A DNA stretch of 64,000 bases. Source: an uncultured Verrucomicrobiae bacterium (GTDB lineage Bacteria; Verrucomicrobiota; Verrucomicrobiia; Chthoniobacterales; JAATET01). The notes beneath the pieces are model-generated. The model searched no databases and had not been told where the DNA came from. It was given only the letters and a program-made list of their open reading frames with translations. The DNA lies in contig CAVRCI010000002.1 in assembly GCA_963719495.1 (NCBI GenBank), positions 352,001 through 416,000 on the forward strand, written 5' to 3'. The position numbers and the translations under genes were made by a program. Below are positions 47,113 to 57,430 of this stretch, piece after piece (positions within the stretch are counted from its first letter, which is position 1; the number at the start of each line of letters is the position of its first letter).

Positions 47113-48810
47113 ATGAGTGCGATTGCTTTGATTGCCGAATCCTTGGCGGCCAGCGGGGCTTCCGTCGCCGATGGGTTGCTCGACTCGGCTGAGGTGGCTT
47201 TCCGGTCGCAGCGGTCGCCGGTGCGGGCGGTGCTCGACGCGGAGCAAGTGTCGGAGACGACGTTTCTGAAGGATCTCGCGGAGCGATTGGGCGTGGATTG
47301 GTATGAGGCGCCGACCGAGGGGGTGGCGGATCTGCCGGATGGTTTTCCGGCTCGATTGGCGCTGCGGTATCACTTGGTGCCGCTGGCGATGGACGCGGAC
47401 TCGATCACGCTCGTGGGTTACGATCCGCTTGATCATTTGGCGCGGGCGGCGGTGCGGCAGCAATTTCCGCAGCGGGTGAAGTTTCTGCTTTCGACGCGCA
47501 AGTCGGTGGTCGCGGCGTTGCGGGCGCACTACGGCGTGGGCGCGGAGACGTTCGAGGAGTTGCTCGAAGATCGGGAGGAGGGGGCGGCCGAGCAGTCCGG
47601 CGAGGAGATCAACATCGTGGACAACGACGACTCCGAGGCGTCGGTGATGAAATTTGTGAACCAGATCCTGCGCGAGGCTCTGGTCGAGCAGGCGACCGAC
47701 ATCCACGTCGAGCCGCTGGGGACCGATCTGCGGATTCGGTATCGGATCGACGGCATCCTCCACGAGGTGCCCGTGCCGCCCAACATCAAGGTGCTCCAGG
47801 CCTCGGTGCTCTCGCGGATCAAGATCATGGCCAGCCTCGACATCGCGGAGCGGCGGATCCCACAGGACGGGCGGATTCAGCTCGAGCTGGGCGGGCAACC
47901 GATCGACGTGCGTGTGGCGGTGATCCCATCGGTGACGGGGGAGACGATCAGCCTGCGTCTGCTGGGGCAGGAGCAATTCGACTTCGCGCGGCTGGGGTTG
48001 GACCGCGACTCCGAGGCGAAGATTCTGGAATTTCTCGCGATGCCCAATGGGATCGTTCTCGTGACCGGGCCGACCGGTTGCGGTAAGTCGACGAGTCTCT
48101 ACACGTTCCTTTCGTCGCTGAACACGAAGGAGCGGCGCATCGTCACGATCGAGGATCCGGTCGAACACAAGCTGCCGGGCGTGATCCAGATCGCGGTGCG
48201 GCCGGAGATCGACCTGACCTTTGCGCGGGCGCTGCGGAGTGTGCTGCGCGGCGATCCCAACGTGATCATGGTCGGTGAGATGCGCGATCTGGAGACCGCC
48301 GAGATCGCCGTCCGGGCGGCGCTCACGGGGCACCTGGTTTTTTCCACGTTGCACACGAACGACTCGGTCGGCGGCATCACGCGGTTGATCGACATGGGGG
48401 TGGAGCCGTTTCTCATCGGCTCGTCGGTGCGGGCGTTCATCGCGCAGCGGCTCGTGCGGCGGTTGTGCCCGGACTGCCGGACGCCCGAGCACCATCCGGT
48501 CGGGAACCTCAAGCGGATCGGATTTCCGACCGAGCGGGAGGGGACGATCTACGGACCGAAGGGCTGCGACGCCTGCCGGTTCACGGGCTATCGCGGGCGG
48601 ACGGCGCTCTACGAGATTTGTATCCTGTCGCAGCGGATGCAGGACCTGGTCCAGCGGAAGGCGTCGGCCCCGGCGCTGCGGACCCTTGCTATGGCGGAGG
48701 GGATGATTCCGCTGCGAAATTACGGTTGGAACCGCGTGCTCGAGGGAATGACGTCGGTCGAGGAAGTGCTGCGGGTGACGTCGGCGGAGCTGGACGTGCT
48801 CGACGAATAA
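47113..48810 (+). CDS. gspE: T2SS ATPase
   Basis: ATDIHVEP, PQDGR, GPTGCGKST, TIEDPVE, GEMRD, GHLVFSTLH, tetracysteine motif. Confidence 0.95.
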   Translation: MSAIALIAESLAASGASVADGLLDSAEVAFRSQRSPVRAVLDAEQVSETTFLKDLAERLGVDWYEAPTEGVADLPDGFPARLALRYHLVPLAMDADSITLVGYDPLDHLARAAVRQQFPQRVKFLLSTRKSVVAALRAHYGVGAETFEELLEDREEGAAEQSGEEINIVDNDDSEASVMKFVNQILREALVEQATDIHVEPLGTDLRIRYRIDGILHEVPVPPNIKVLQASVLSRIKIMASLDIAERRIPQDGRIQLELGGQPIDVRVAVIPSVTGETISLRLLGQEQFDFARLGLDRDSEAKILEFLAMPNGIVLVTGPTGCGKSTSLYTFLSSLNTKERRIVTIEDPVEHKLPGVIQIAVRPEIDLTFARALRSVLRGDPNVIMVGEMRDLETAEIAVRAALTGHLVFSTLHTNDSVGGITRLIDMGVEPFLIGSSVRAFIAQRLVRRLCPDCRTPEHHPVGNLKRIGFPTEREGTIYGPKGCDACRFTGYRGRTALYEICILSQRMQDLVQRKASAPALRTLAMAEGMIPLRNYGWNRVLEGMTSVEEVLRVTSAELDVLDE

Positions 48811-48828
48811 CGGCGGGGGAAGACGGCG

Positions 48829-50070
48829 GTGGCGAACTTTCAATTTCGGGCGACGACGCCGGCGGGAACGGTCGAGACGGGCGTCGTCGACGCAAGGTCG
48901 AAGGCCGAGGCCTACAACGTGATCCTGGGCCGGAAGCTGCGGCCGGTCTCGATCGTCGCGACGGACGAGTCTGGGGCGGCGGTCACGTCGGCGTCGGCGG
49001 ACCAGGGTGGCGCGGTCGCTCCGGTGCGGCGGCTGGCGACGAAGGACGTTCTGCTTTTCACCGAGGAATTGTCGGAACTCCTCGACGCGGGACTGCAGCT
49101 CGAGCCCGCGCTCAAGGTGATCGAGGGGCGGAAGGAGCGGTCGCCGCTCAAGGCCGTGGCGGCAAGGGTGCGGCAGCAGGTGCGGGATGGGGTGAGTTTT
49201 TCCAATGCGCTGCGGAGCCTGGGCGATTCGTTTTCGGATCTGTTCTGCAGCATGGTGGCGGCGGGCGAGACGGCTGGGGCGCTGCCGAAGATCCTGCGGC
49301 GACAGGCGGAGTATTTTGCGATCATGACGGATCTGCGGAAGCGGATCACGATGGCGCTGGTCTACCCGAGCATCGTTTTCACGGCGGGTGTGGTGCTGCT
49401 CATCGTTTTCATGACGGTCCTGTTGCCGCAGCTCACGGTCCTGTTGAGCAAGACGGGGAAGGAACTGCCGTTCATGACGAAGATGCTGGTGGGACTGAGT
49501 TCGTTCTTCGGGTCCTACTGGTGGGCGGTGATTCTGGTGATCGGCGCGGCGGTCGCGGGATTCATGGCTTGGAAAAAAACTCCGGAAGGTCGGATGACGT
49601 GGGACCGGGTGAAGCTCGATCTGCCGCTGGTCGGGCCGGTGCTGCGGGTGCAATTTCTGGCCGAGTTCTCGCAGACGCTTTCGACGTTGGTGTCGAACGG
49701 AGTGATTCTGCTCAACGCGTTGACGCTTCTGCAGCGGGCGACGGCGAACGTTTACATCAAGGGTTTGTTGGGGCGGTTGGTTGACCGGGTGGGTGAGGGG
49801 AGTTCGCTGTCGGCGGCGCTGCGGAACGTCCCGTTTTTTCCGGCGGTGCTGATCGACATCATGAACGTCGGCGAGCAGACGGGCGATCTGGCCGGCGCGT
49901 TGCAGCGGAGCGCAGCGCGCTACGACAAGGAATTCACGAACAAGATCGCGCACATGACGACGCTCATCCAGCCGCTCACGATCCTCGTGGTGGCGATCTT
50001 CGTCGGACTGGTGGCGTATTCGATGATCACCGGGATTCTGTCGTCGGTGTCGAACTTGCGGACCCGCTAG
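48829..50070 (+). CDS. gspF: T2SS inner membrane protein
   Basis: AGETAGAL, ALVYP, VGEQTGDL duplicated domains. Confidence 0.94.
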   Translation: MANFQFRATTPAGTVETGVVDARSKAEAYNVILGRKLRPVSIVATDESGAAVTSASADQGGAVAPVRRLATKDVLLFTEELSELLDAGLQLEPALKVIEGRKERSPLKAVAARVRQQVRDGVSFSNALRSLGDSFSDLFCSMVAAGETAGALPKILRRQAEYFAIMTDLRKRITMALVYPSIVFTAGVVLLIVFMTVLLPQLTVLLSKTGKELPFMTKMLVGLSSFFGSYWWAVILVIGAAVAGFMAWKKTPEGRMTWDRVKLDLPLVGPVLRVQFLAEFSQTLSTLVSNGVILLNALTLLQRATANVYIKGLLGRLVDRVGEGSSLSAALRNVPFFPAVLIDIMNVGEQTGDLAGALQRSAARYDKEFTNKIAHMTTLIQPLTILVVAIFVGLVAYSMITGILSSVSNLRTR

Positions 50071-50166
50071 GTCGCGCAGGGTCGAGGGAGTGCTATCGTC
50101 CGAAGGTTCGGAAGCCGCGACGCCGGGTGATGGGCGGGATGGCGCGCTGTGGTGGTCCTAGAGAGG

Positions 50167-50337
50167 AAGTTGAGAGTTCATAGTTGAGAGCCGGAGCGAA
50201 GCGGAGACCGCCGAAGGCAATAGAATGCTTCAGGATGAACGAATTTGCGGAGCCAAGGGCGTTCACCTTCCAAGTGAACTCGTGATTCGGCGCAAGTCGC
50301 TCATCCCCAACTCTCAACTCAAATTTCTCAACTCCCC
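50167..50337. repeat. Element bounded by inverted heptamer tracts (AGTTGAG / CTCAACT)
   Basis: AGTTGAGAGTTCATAGTTGAGAG at left and CAACTCTCAACTCAAATTTCTCAACT at right. Confidence 0.6.
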
Positions 50338-50460
50338 ACTTTCCTTTTCAGGGTGATTTCGGGCGCGCCGGTCGGAGGCGACGGAACCCGCGGCGCGGCT
50401 TCCCTACCTTGGTTGGATGCGCTTCGCGCTGGGGGGGCGTCACCGCGGTGGCGGCTGCGA

Positions 50461-51003
50461 TCACGGCTCGATGATCTCGTAGCGGCGGGTGGTCGTTTTT
50501 TCCGCCCAGCGGTAGATGGCGGGAGTCGCCAGGGTGAGGGGGGTTTCGTCGAGGGGGCGGTTGTCGAGCCACTCGAGAACGTCATCGCGTTCGTCGTCGC
50601 GGATGCGGCGGGCGGGGCGGGCGATGGTGAGGTGCGGGAGCGGGGCGCGGGTGTCGATGCGGGCCCCGGACTCGCGGCAGAGTCGGGGCATCCACTTGGC
50701 GGTTTGTTTCTCGATCTCGATCCGGCCGGTGTCGATGGATGCGGCGATGGCGGAGAATCGGCGGGGTTGGGGGAGTGCGACGAGGGGGCCGGGGGTGATC
50801 GCGACCCCTTCCAGCGGGAGGCCGCGGAGGATGCCGGCCATTTTCGCCTCGGCGGGGGCGTCGTGGGTGCCGAGGAAGGCGAGGGTGACGTGGAGATCGT
50901 CGGGATCGAGGAAATCGATCCCGGTGGGGGCGGCGGCGGAGAGGGCGGCGAGCCATTCGTTGCCATTCAAGACGGGCCAGGCGACGAACCAATTGCGGGA
51001 CAT
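50461..51003 (-). CDS. 2H phosphoesterase (RNA 2',3'-cyclic phosphodiesterase, ThpR-like)
   Basis: Two HxT motifs: LHVTLAFLG, PHLTIAR. Confidence 0.88.
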   Translation of the reverse strand: MSRNWFVAWPVLNGNEWLAALSAAAPTGIDFLDPDDLHVTLAFLGTHDAPAEAKMAGILRGLPLEGVAITPGPLVALPQPRRFSAIAASIDTGRIEIEKQTAKWMPRLCRESGARIDTRAPLPHLTIARPARRIRDDERDDVLEWLDNRPLDETPLTLATPAIYRWAEKTTTRRYEIIEP

Positions 51004-51192
51004 GGGGATTGAATAGGGAGTGCGAACCGAAAGAGGAAGGTTTCGTCGCGGGGGGGTGATCGGACTGGCCGGAGGTGGGGGCGTCGGCAGTGGCTCACGG
51101 TAGTGATTGCCCGAATCGTCGGGGTCGCTGAGTCAGCGAACGACCCGATATTTCCTTGTTCGGCGCGGGGCAACGGCGCAGCATTTGGACAA

Positions 51193-51636
51193 ATGCCAGA
51201 ATACTTAATTCCGTTGATCGCGGGCATCGTCGGGACCGTGGCGATGACCATTTTTCTGATCGTTCCACGGTTCATGAACGTCGAGAACGTCGACATCATC
51301 CGGGCGGTGGGTGCGCTCTGGACGAAACGGGAGGACAACGCGTGGGCTCCGGGATTCGTGATCCACTTCGGTTCCGGGATCGCGTTTGCCTACATCTATT
51401 GGTTTCTCTTCGGCCTGGCGGGGCTGCCGCTCAATACCGGCACGGGCGTGTTGGCCGGTGCGGTGCACGGTGCGCTGGTGATGCTGTTCACCAGTATCGC
51501 GGTGATGGAGCACCACCCGATCCGTAAATATCAGAAGCGTGGGCCGATGACGGGATTCATGCAGCTTCTGGCGCACGTGTTGTATGGGCTGATCGTGGGC
51601 GCGATCGTTCACGCTTTGGCTCTGCCGGTGGCTTGA
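51193..51636 (+). CDS. Small 4-TM membrane protein
   Basis: AGIVGTVAMT, IHFGSGIAF, HVLYG helices. Confidence 0.75.
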   Translation: MPEYLIPLIAGIVGTVAMTIFLIVPRFMNVENVDIIRAVGALWTKREDNAWAPGFVIHFGSGIAFAYIYWFLFGLAGLPLNTGTGVLAGAVHGALVMLFTSIAVMEHHPIRKYQKRGPMTGFMQLLAHVLYGLIVGAIVHALALPVA

Positions 51637-51775
51637 TGGAATGGAATCGGCTTTGGGCCGATTCTGGTTTGGTCATCGGCTGGAAGCCGATGGCACGGGG
51701 TGTGGGCCGGGGTGCTTGTTGGATGAGTCTTCGTTGCCGCTTTTCCTTTAGGTCGGGCGTGGTATTGGTGCGGGC

Positions 51776-53479
51776 GTGATTATCAATCAGCTCCGATCCG
51801 CGGTCGAATTCGCTTCGCACCTGCCGCGCTACAACGAAATCGTCCAGATCCTGTTCAAATACGGGTTCGCGGACGTGCTCAAGCTGGTGACGTTGCAGAA
51901 CGTCATCGGGATCGAGACGGCGACGCTCAAGGTGCACGATTCGGGTCTGCTCGCGCAGCCGCCCGAGGTCCGGTTGCGGCTGGCGTTGGAGGAGCTTGGT
52001 CCGACGTTCATCAAGCTGGGTCAGATCCTGAGTTCGCGCCGGGATCTGGTGAACGCGGAATTCTACGAGGAGCTGTGCAAGCTGCACGACAACGTGCCGA
52101 CTTTCCCGGGGAAGGAGGCGAAGCGGATTTTTCAAGAGGAACTGGGGATGACGGTCGAGGAGGCTTTTGCGGAGTTTGAAACCGAGCCGTTCGCGGCGGC
52201 GTCGATCGCTCAGGTGCATCGGGCGACTCTGCGGGACGGGACGCTGGTGGCGATCAAGGTGCAGCGTCCGGAGATTCGGAAAGTCATCGAGCGGGACCTT
52301 TCGATCATTCTCGACCTGGCAAAATTCGTCGACAAACACGTGTCGGAGATCGCGACGCTCAACCCGATCGGGGTCGTCACGGAGTTTGCGGCGACGCTGC
52401 GAAAGGAATTGGACTTCGGCAACGAGGCGTCGAACGAAGACCGTTTTCGCCAGCAATTCGACGAGAACGAGACCATTCACGTGCCGAAGGTCTACGGGGA
52501 ATTCTCCGCGGAGAAGGTGATGACGCTCGAATTCATGACCGGGATCGCGGTCGACGACGTCGAGGCGCTGGTGGCGAACGGGATCGATCCGATCGAGCTG
52601 TCGGAGCGGATGGCGCGGTTGATTTATCAGCAGATTTTCGAGTTCGGATTTTTCCACGGCGACCCGCACCCGGGGAACATGACGGTGCTCAACGATGGGT
52701 CGCTGGGGCTTTACGACTACGGGATGATGGGGTCGTTCTCGCCGGGGTTCCGGTCGAGCATCGCGCACATGATCGCGGGGCTGGCGGAGAAGGATCACCA
52801 ACAGGTCATGCAGGCCATTGTGCAGATGTCGGAGGAGGGCTACGTCGACCACGGCGAGCAGATGCTGCGTGACGTGGAGGACTTCAGCGAAACGCACCTC
52901 AATCAGCCGTTGAAAGACATCCGGCTGGGGGAGGTCCTCAACAAGCTTCTCGACGTGCTGAGGAAAAACGATCTGCGGATGAAGGGGAGCTTTTATCTCG
53001 GGATCAAGGCGCTTTCGCAGGTCGAGTCGACGGGCCGGGGTCTCAATCCGGACCTCAATTTCGTCATTCTCGGCAAGCCCTACGCGGCCACGCTCATCGA
53101 GAACAAATACCATCCGACGCACCTGCTTGGGCTCATGCGAAAGGTCGTCTCGCAGTCGATCGACTTCCTCGAGGACTTCCCGCACGACTTTCGGAGCTTC
53201 TACGAGAAGGCGAAGCGCGGGCAATTCAACATTCCGCTGCAGCACAAGATCGATCCGGATGGATTCGAACCCCTCCAGAAGACCTTGGACTCGATCGCAA
53301 ACCGGCTGACGAACGCGATTCTGGCGGCGTCCGTGCTGATCTGTTCGTCGATTCTGGTGCTGTCGAACATGCCGCCGCGGGTGTGGGACGTGTCGCTGAT
53401 CGGATTGCTCGGAATCATCTGGGGCTTCTACATGTGCATCCGGCTGGCGCTCTCGATGTGGAAGCACGGGGGGCTGTGA
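51776..53479 (+). CDS. ABC1/UbiB (AarF) family atypical kinase
   Basis: LGPTFIKLGQ, AAASIAQVH, AIKVQRP, FFHGDPHPGN, DYGMMG. Confidence 0.93.
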   Translation: MIINQLRSAVEFASHLPRYNEIVQILFKYGFADVLKLVTLQNVIGIETATLKVHDSGLLAQPPEVRLRLALEELGPTFIKLGQILSSRRDLVNAEFYEELCKLHDNVPTFPGKEAKRIFQEELGMTVEEAFAEFETEPFAAASIAQVHRATLRDGTLVAIKVQRPEIRKVIERDLSIILDLAKFVDKHVSEIATLNPIGVVTEFAATLRKELDFGNEASNEDRFRQQFDENETIHVPKVYGEFSAEKVMTLEFMTGIAVDDVEALVANGIDPIELSERMARLIYQQIFEFGFFHGDPHPGNMTVLNDGSLGLYDYGMMGSFSPGFRSSIAHMIAGLAEKDHQQVMQAIVQMSEEGYVDHGEQMLRDVEDFSETHLNQPLKDIRLGEVLNKLLDVLRKNDLRMKGSFYLGIKALSQVESTGRGLNPDLNFVILGKPYAATLIENKYHPTHLLGLMRKVVSQSIDFLEDFPHDFRSFYEKAKRGQFNIPLQHKIDPDGFEPLQKTLDSIANRLTNAILAASVLICSSILVLSNMPPRVWDVSLIGLLGIIWGFYMCIRLALSMWKHGGL

Positions 53480-53955
53480 TGACCCTGGGTCCCGCGGATT
53501 GGTGACTGGTGATTGGTGATTGGTGGGAATGCGGGAAGGTTGCCTTGGAGCCGTTGGATTGCGCCTGGATCGCCCGATGTCTCGCTCGACGGTGGGGTGA
53601 TGCGAACACGGCTCGGCAGGAGCCTCGCCCTCCGGGGGTGGGTGCGCTCGCGCTAGTTGCGACCCCGTTCGACGTTTTGAATTTTGTCGGTGGAGGTTGG
53701 GCCTAGTTGGGTTTGACGGAAGGTTGGATCGTCGGGAAGCGCTAGACGGAGGCTCTCGAGGGTGTCGCCCGCGTGGGTCGAGGCGGTTGCGGCCACGAGG
53801 AACGCGATGGCGGAGCGGGAGACGAGCCTGGCCGCGAGGATCTGGCGGTCGTGCCGGACGGGCAATGCCGGAGGCTGCGGGGGCGGGGGGCGGTTCGAAG
53901 GGTGAGCGTGAGCGGGGTGGGGGTGAAGAAGTCGGAACCCGGCGGCGCGGCTCCC

Positions 53956-54888
53956 CTACCCGGGGTTGGTGTCGCTTTGCGCTGCTTCCGGCTCGAGGTG
54001 GACGGTGACGTCGGTGAGGCGGAGGTCGGCAGCCAGGAGGTGATCCTTCACTTCGTGGGAAATTTCGTGGCCGCGGTGGACGGTGAGCGTTCCCGGCACC
54101 CGGACGTGGAGGTCGGCGAGGAGCGTGAGGCCGCTTTTTCGGACCCGGCACTTTTCGGCGCTCGAGACTCCCTCGACGCGGCAGGCGACGGCTTCGATGT
54201 CGGCGGCGAGGGTGGGGGAGACCTGCTCGTCGATGACTTCGCCGATCGACGTGCGAAGCATCCGCGCTCCGTTGCGGACGATGAGAACGCAGGAAAACAA
54301 CGCCGCCCAATCGTCGGCGGCCGTCCACGCCGGACCGCCGATGAGCGCGATCGAAATGCCGGTGAAGGCCGCGAAGGACGTGATCGCGTCCGACCGGTGA
54401 TGCCACGCTTCGGCCTGGATCGCCGAGCTGCCGAGCGCTTCGCCGCGGCGGCGCAGGAGCTGGTAGAGGCATTCCTTCGTGACGATCACACCGAGGAGGA
54501 CGAGGAGCGTCCAGCCGCGGGGCATCGAGCGGGCGCTTTCGTTGCCGAGGAATTGAAGGACGATTTGGACGCCGCTGTGGACGGCGACGGTCGCGCCGGC
54601 TCCGAGGACGAAGATCGCACCCGCGACGGCGGCCAGGGATTCCAACTTCCCGTGGCCGTAGGGGTGTTCGGCGTCGGGTGGTTTGACGGCAACGCGGAAG
54701 GCGCTCCAAATGAGGACCGAGCCGAAGATGTCGACGGCGGACTCGATCCCGTCGGCGATGAGGGCGTCCGAGTGGCCCCAGAAGCCCGCGCTCACCTTGA
54801 CGACGGCGAGCGTTGCGTTGGCGACGACGCCGAGCAGGATCAGTCGTTCGCCGAGGCGGACGGGATCGGGGGTCGTCGTCGCCTTCAT
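53956..54888 (-). CDS. Cation diffusion facilitator transporter
   Basis: ALIADGIES, HPYGHGKLE, WHHRSD, VHLEP. Confidence 0.93.
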   Translation of the reverse strand: MKATTTPDPVRLGERLILLGVVANATLAVVKVSAGFWGHSDALIADGIESAVDIFGSVLIWSAFRVAVKPPDAEHPYGHGKLESLAAVAGAIFVLGAGATVAVHSGVQIVLQFLGNESARSMPRGWTLLVLLGVIVTKECLYQLLRRRGEALGSSAIQAEAWHHRSDAITSFAAFTGISIALIGGPAWTAADDWAALFSCVLIVRNGARMLRTSIGEVIDEQVSPTLAADIEAVACRVEGVSSAEKCRVRKSGLTLLADLHVRVPGTLTVHRGHEISHEVKDHLLAADLRLTDVTVHLEPEAAQSDTNPG

Positions 54889-54918
54889 TGGGGAGGGTCC
54901 GAGTCGAGTCGGCGAGGA

Positions 54919-55326
54919 TCAGAACGACCGCCAGGTCATCATTCCGGCGGCCGGGGCGAAGCTCGAACCGTCTTCGGCGGCTTTGAGGTAGGCGACGGTT
55001 TCGGCTTTTTCCTCCGGGACGGGCACGAGGCCGGGGCCGACCCACCCGGCGGGATGTCGCTCGCGCTGATAGCGGATCGTGATGATGTCACCCGTCGTCG
55101 CCGCGTCGCCCCGGCCGACTTTGAGCACCTCGGCGAGGATCTCGATGTCGTCGCCGGAATCGGTGGGTTGCGTGCTCACGGTGAGCACGTTGATCCGGAG
55201 AACGTCGGGAGCTTCGCGCTGCATCGCCTCGTAGGCCGACGGTGGGAGCTCGGCCCGGAGGGTGGGGGGCGCGGCCACGGTGGCGAGCAGGGCGAGGGCA
55301 AGGATGGTGAAGCGGTTTGTGCGCAT
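54919..55326 (-). CDS. Hypothetical secreted protein
   Basis: Signal peptide then AELPPSAY; promoter-like -35/-10 directly upstream. Confidence 0.7.
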   Translation of the reverse strand: MRTNRFTILALALLATVAAPPTLRAELPPSAYEAMQREAPDVLRINVLTVSTQPTDSGDDIEILAEVLKVGRGDAATTGDIITIRYQRERHPAGWVGPGLVPVPEEKAETVAYLKAAEDGSSFAPAAGMMTWRSF

Positions 55327-55380
55327 CCGGGAGATTACGACGGGGAGAACCGGGGGCAAATCGGAAATCCGGGGCGGCGA

Positions 55381-56145
55381 CTATCGGTTGGCGTGCACGT
55401 CGGCGACGAACTCGCGGACGGCGGCTTGAATCGTCGTGGCCACGTCGGCTTTCGGTCTGGCGAAGGCGGGTCGAAACCACGGGAAAAGACCGATGATGTC
55501 GTGCAAAACTCGGATCTGCCCGTCGCAGCCTTCGCCGCTGCCGATTCCGAAAGTGGGAATTGAGAGTCGGGCCGAAAGGTCCGCCGCGAGGGACGGCTCG
55601 ACCAATTCGACGACGACCGCGAAGGCTCCGGCCGCTTCGATCGCGAGGGCGTCAGCCGTGAGCGATTCGGCCTGCTCGGGGGTGCGTCCCTTGATCTTGT
55701 AGCCGCCCTCTTCGCGAACGTGTTGCGGGAGCATGCCGATGTGAGCGAGCACCGGGATCCCCTCGGCGGTAAGGGCGGCTACGGTGGCGGCGACCTCGGT
55801 GCCGCCCTCGAGTTTCACGCCGTCGGCCCCGGCGGCGAGGGAGGCTCGAGCCGACTCGATGGCGAGCTCTGGCGTCGCGTAGGTGCCGATGGGCAGGTCG
55901 GTGACGACCGGGGTCTTCATTGCCCCCCGGGCGACCGCGCGGGTGTGGTGAAGCATGTCGGCGAGCGTCACTTCGGTGGTGTCCGCGTGACCGAGAACGA
56001 CCATCCCGAGGGAGTCACCAACGAGGATGAGGTCGAGGCCGCAGTCGTCGAGCAGTCGAGCGGATGGGTAGTCGTAAGCCGTTAAAGACGTAAAAAGCTT
56101 TTGCCGTTTGTCGACAAAATGTTGAAATTTGAGCGGTGCAAGCAT
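55381..56145 (-). CDS. panB: 3-methyl-2-oxobutanoate hydroxymethyltransferase
   Basis: LTAYDY, LVGDSLGM, VKLEGG, HIGMLPQ, GIGSG...DGQ. Confidence 0.97.
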   Translation of the reverse strand: MLAPLKFQHFVDKRQKLFTSLTAYDYPSARLLDDCGLDLILVGDSLGMVVLGHADTTEVTLADMLHHTRAVARGAMKTPVVTDLPIGTYATPELAIESARASLAAGADGVKLEGGTEVAATVAALTAEGIPVLAHIGMLPQHVREEGGYKIKGRTPEQAESLTADALAIEAAGAFAVVVELVEPSLAADLSARLSIPTFGIGSGEGCDGQIRVLHDIIGLFPWFRPAFARPKADVATTIQAAVREFVADVHANR

Positions 56146-56204
56146 TTAACGAAAAATACGTAAAAGATGTTAGAGAAACCTAGAGGACAGGAGATAAGAT
56201 AAAC

Positions 56205-56675
56205 TCAGTATGTCGAAATCATATTAAGTATCTGGGCCACGGTGTTCTGGCTTTTTGGTAAAATCAGAGCGGGTGAAATCTCAACGATCGGCCGGAGAAC
56301 GAATTCCCGGACCGTGATTTTCGGGTGCGGGAGCGTCAATTCCGGTGTCTCGAGGACCGTGTCGCCGTGGTAGAGGAGATCGAGATCGAGGGGGCGCGGG
56401 GCGTTGGTGGCGCGGATTTTTGGACGGCCGTGGCTGGCCTCGATCCGCTGAAGTTTGTGGAGCAGATCGAGGGCGTTTCCGGGCCATTCGATCTCCATGG
56501 CGGCATTGAGAAAGGCGCCGGAGCCGGGCGGGCAGTCGACGGGCTCGGTCTCGTGGAACGTCGAGACGCGAACTTCGGACCCGGGCGGCGCGAGGGCGGT
56601 GACTTCGCGGACGGCAAGGTCGAGGTGGGCGGTCCGGTCACCCAGGTTGGACCCCAGTGATATCCCGGCACGCAT
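56205..56675 (-). CDS. folK: Hydroxymethyldihydropteridine diphosphokinase
   Basis: SLGSNLGD, FLNAA, PRPLDLDLL, LPHP, REFVL. Confidence 0.96.
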   Translation of the reverse strand: MRAGISLGSNLGDRTAHLDLAVREVTALAPPGSEVRVSTFHETEPVDCPPGSGAFLNAAMEIEWPGNALDLLHKLQRIEASHGRPKIRATNAPRPLDLDLLYHGDTVLETPELTLPHPKITVREFVLRPIVEISPALILPKSQNTVAQILNMISTY

Positions 56676-56689
56676 CGGTCGGATCGGAA

Positions 56690-57430
56690 TCAGTCGCGAA
56701 GGCCGAGGACGTCCTGCATGTCGTAGAGGCCAGCGGGTTGATCGACGGCCCAGCGGGCGGCGCGGAGGGCTCCGTTGGCGAAGGTGTCGCGGGAGGAGGC
56801 CTTGTGGGTCAGCTCGACCCGTTCGCCGTCCGTGGCGAAGACGACGGTGTGGTCTCCGACGACGTCGCCCCCGCGGAGCGAGTGCATGCCGATCTCGGTG
56901 GCGGTGCGGGCGCCGACCATGCCCTCGCGGCCGTGGCGGACGTCGGTGGCGTAATCGAGGTCGCGGGCTTCGGCGAGGATTTCGGCGAGACGGCGGGCGG
57001 TGCCGCTGGGGGCGTCCTTTTTGTGGCGGTGGTGCAGTTCGACGACCTCGAGGTCGAAGTCGGGGCCGAGGATGTCGGTGGCCTTGCGGGTGAGCCAGAA
57101 GAGGGTGTTGACGCCGACGCTGAAGTTCGGCGCGAAGACGATCGGGATGCGGTCGGCGTGGGCAACAATGGCGGCGCGCTGGGTGTCGTCGTGGCCGGTG
57201 GTGCCGATCACGAGCGGTTTGTCGGCGGCGGCGCAGGCGTCGGCGACGTCCGCCGTGGCGGTGGCGTGGGAAAAATCGATGACGGCGTCCGCGGCACCGA
57301 GGGCGTCGGCGAGATTGTCATCGGCGTCGAGGGCGGCGGAGACTTCGAGGCCGTCGGTGGCTTCGGCGCAGCGGACGAGGGCTTCGCCCATGCGGCCGCG
57401 GGATCCGTTGATGAGAACGCGGAGGCTCAC
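56690..57430 (-). CDS. dapB: 4-hydroxy-tetrahydrodipicolinate reductase
   Basis: GSRGRMG, VIDFS, IGTTG, ELHHRHKKDAPSGTA; GTG overlaps dapA stop. Confidence 0.96.
   Translation of the reverse strand: MSLRVLINGSRGRMGEALVRCAEATDGLEVSAALDADDNLADALGAADAVIDFSHATATADVADACAAADKPLVIGTTGHDDTQRAAIVAHADRIPIVFAPNFSVGVNTLFWLTRKATDILGPDFDLEVVELHHRHKKDAPSGTARRLAEILAEARDLDYATDVRHGREGMVGARTATEIGMHSLRGGDVVGDHTVVFATDGERVELTHKASSRDTFANGALRAARWAVDQPAGLYDMQDVLGLRD

Noticed and set aside
46756..49953. Long antisense ORFs (also 51557-55045, 58230-61913, 33846-36398, 2172-3878)
   Set aside because: Shadows of real genes in high-GC DNA; compositionally biased and without motifs.
39179..50070. Type IV pilus or novel secretion system
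   Set aside because: GspG, GspK and GspD signatures and the lack of a PilT gene fit an ordinary T2SS cluster.
53653..53865. 70-aa ORF with a hydrophobic stretch
   Set aside because: Weak start, repeat-rich context and no motif; it may be a remnant but cannot be supported.
56080..56280. AT-rich patch at the folK-panB junction as foreign DNA
   Set aside because: It spans the ends of two housekeeping genes with no mobility signs; an internal promoter region is more likely.
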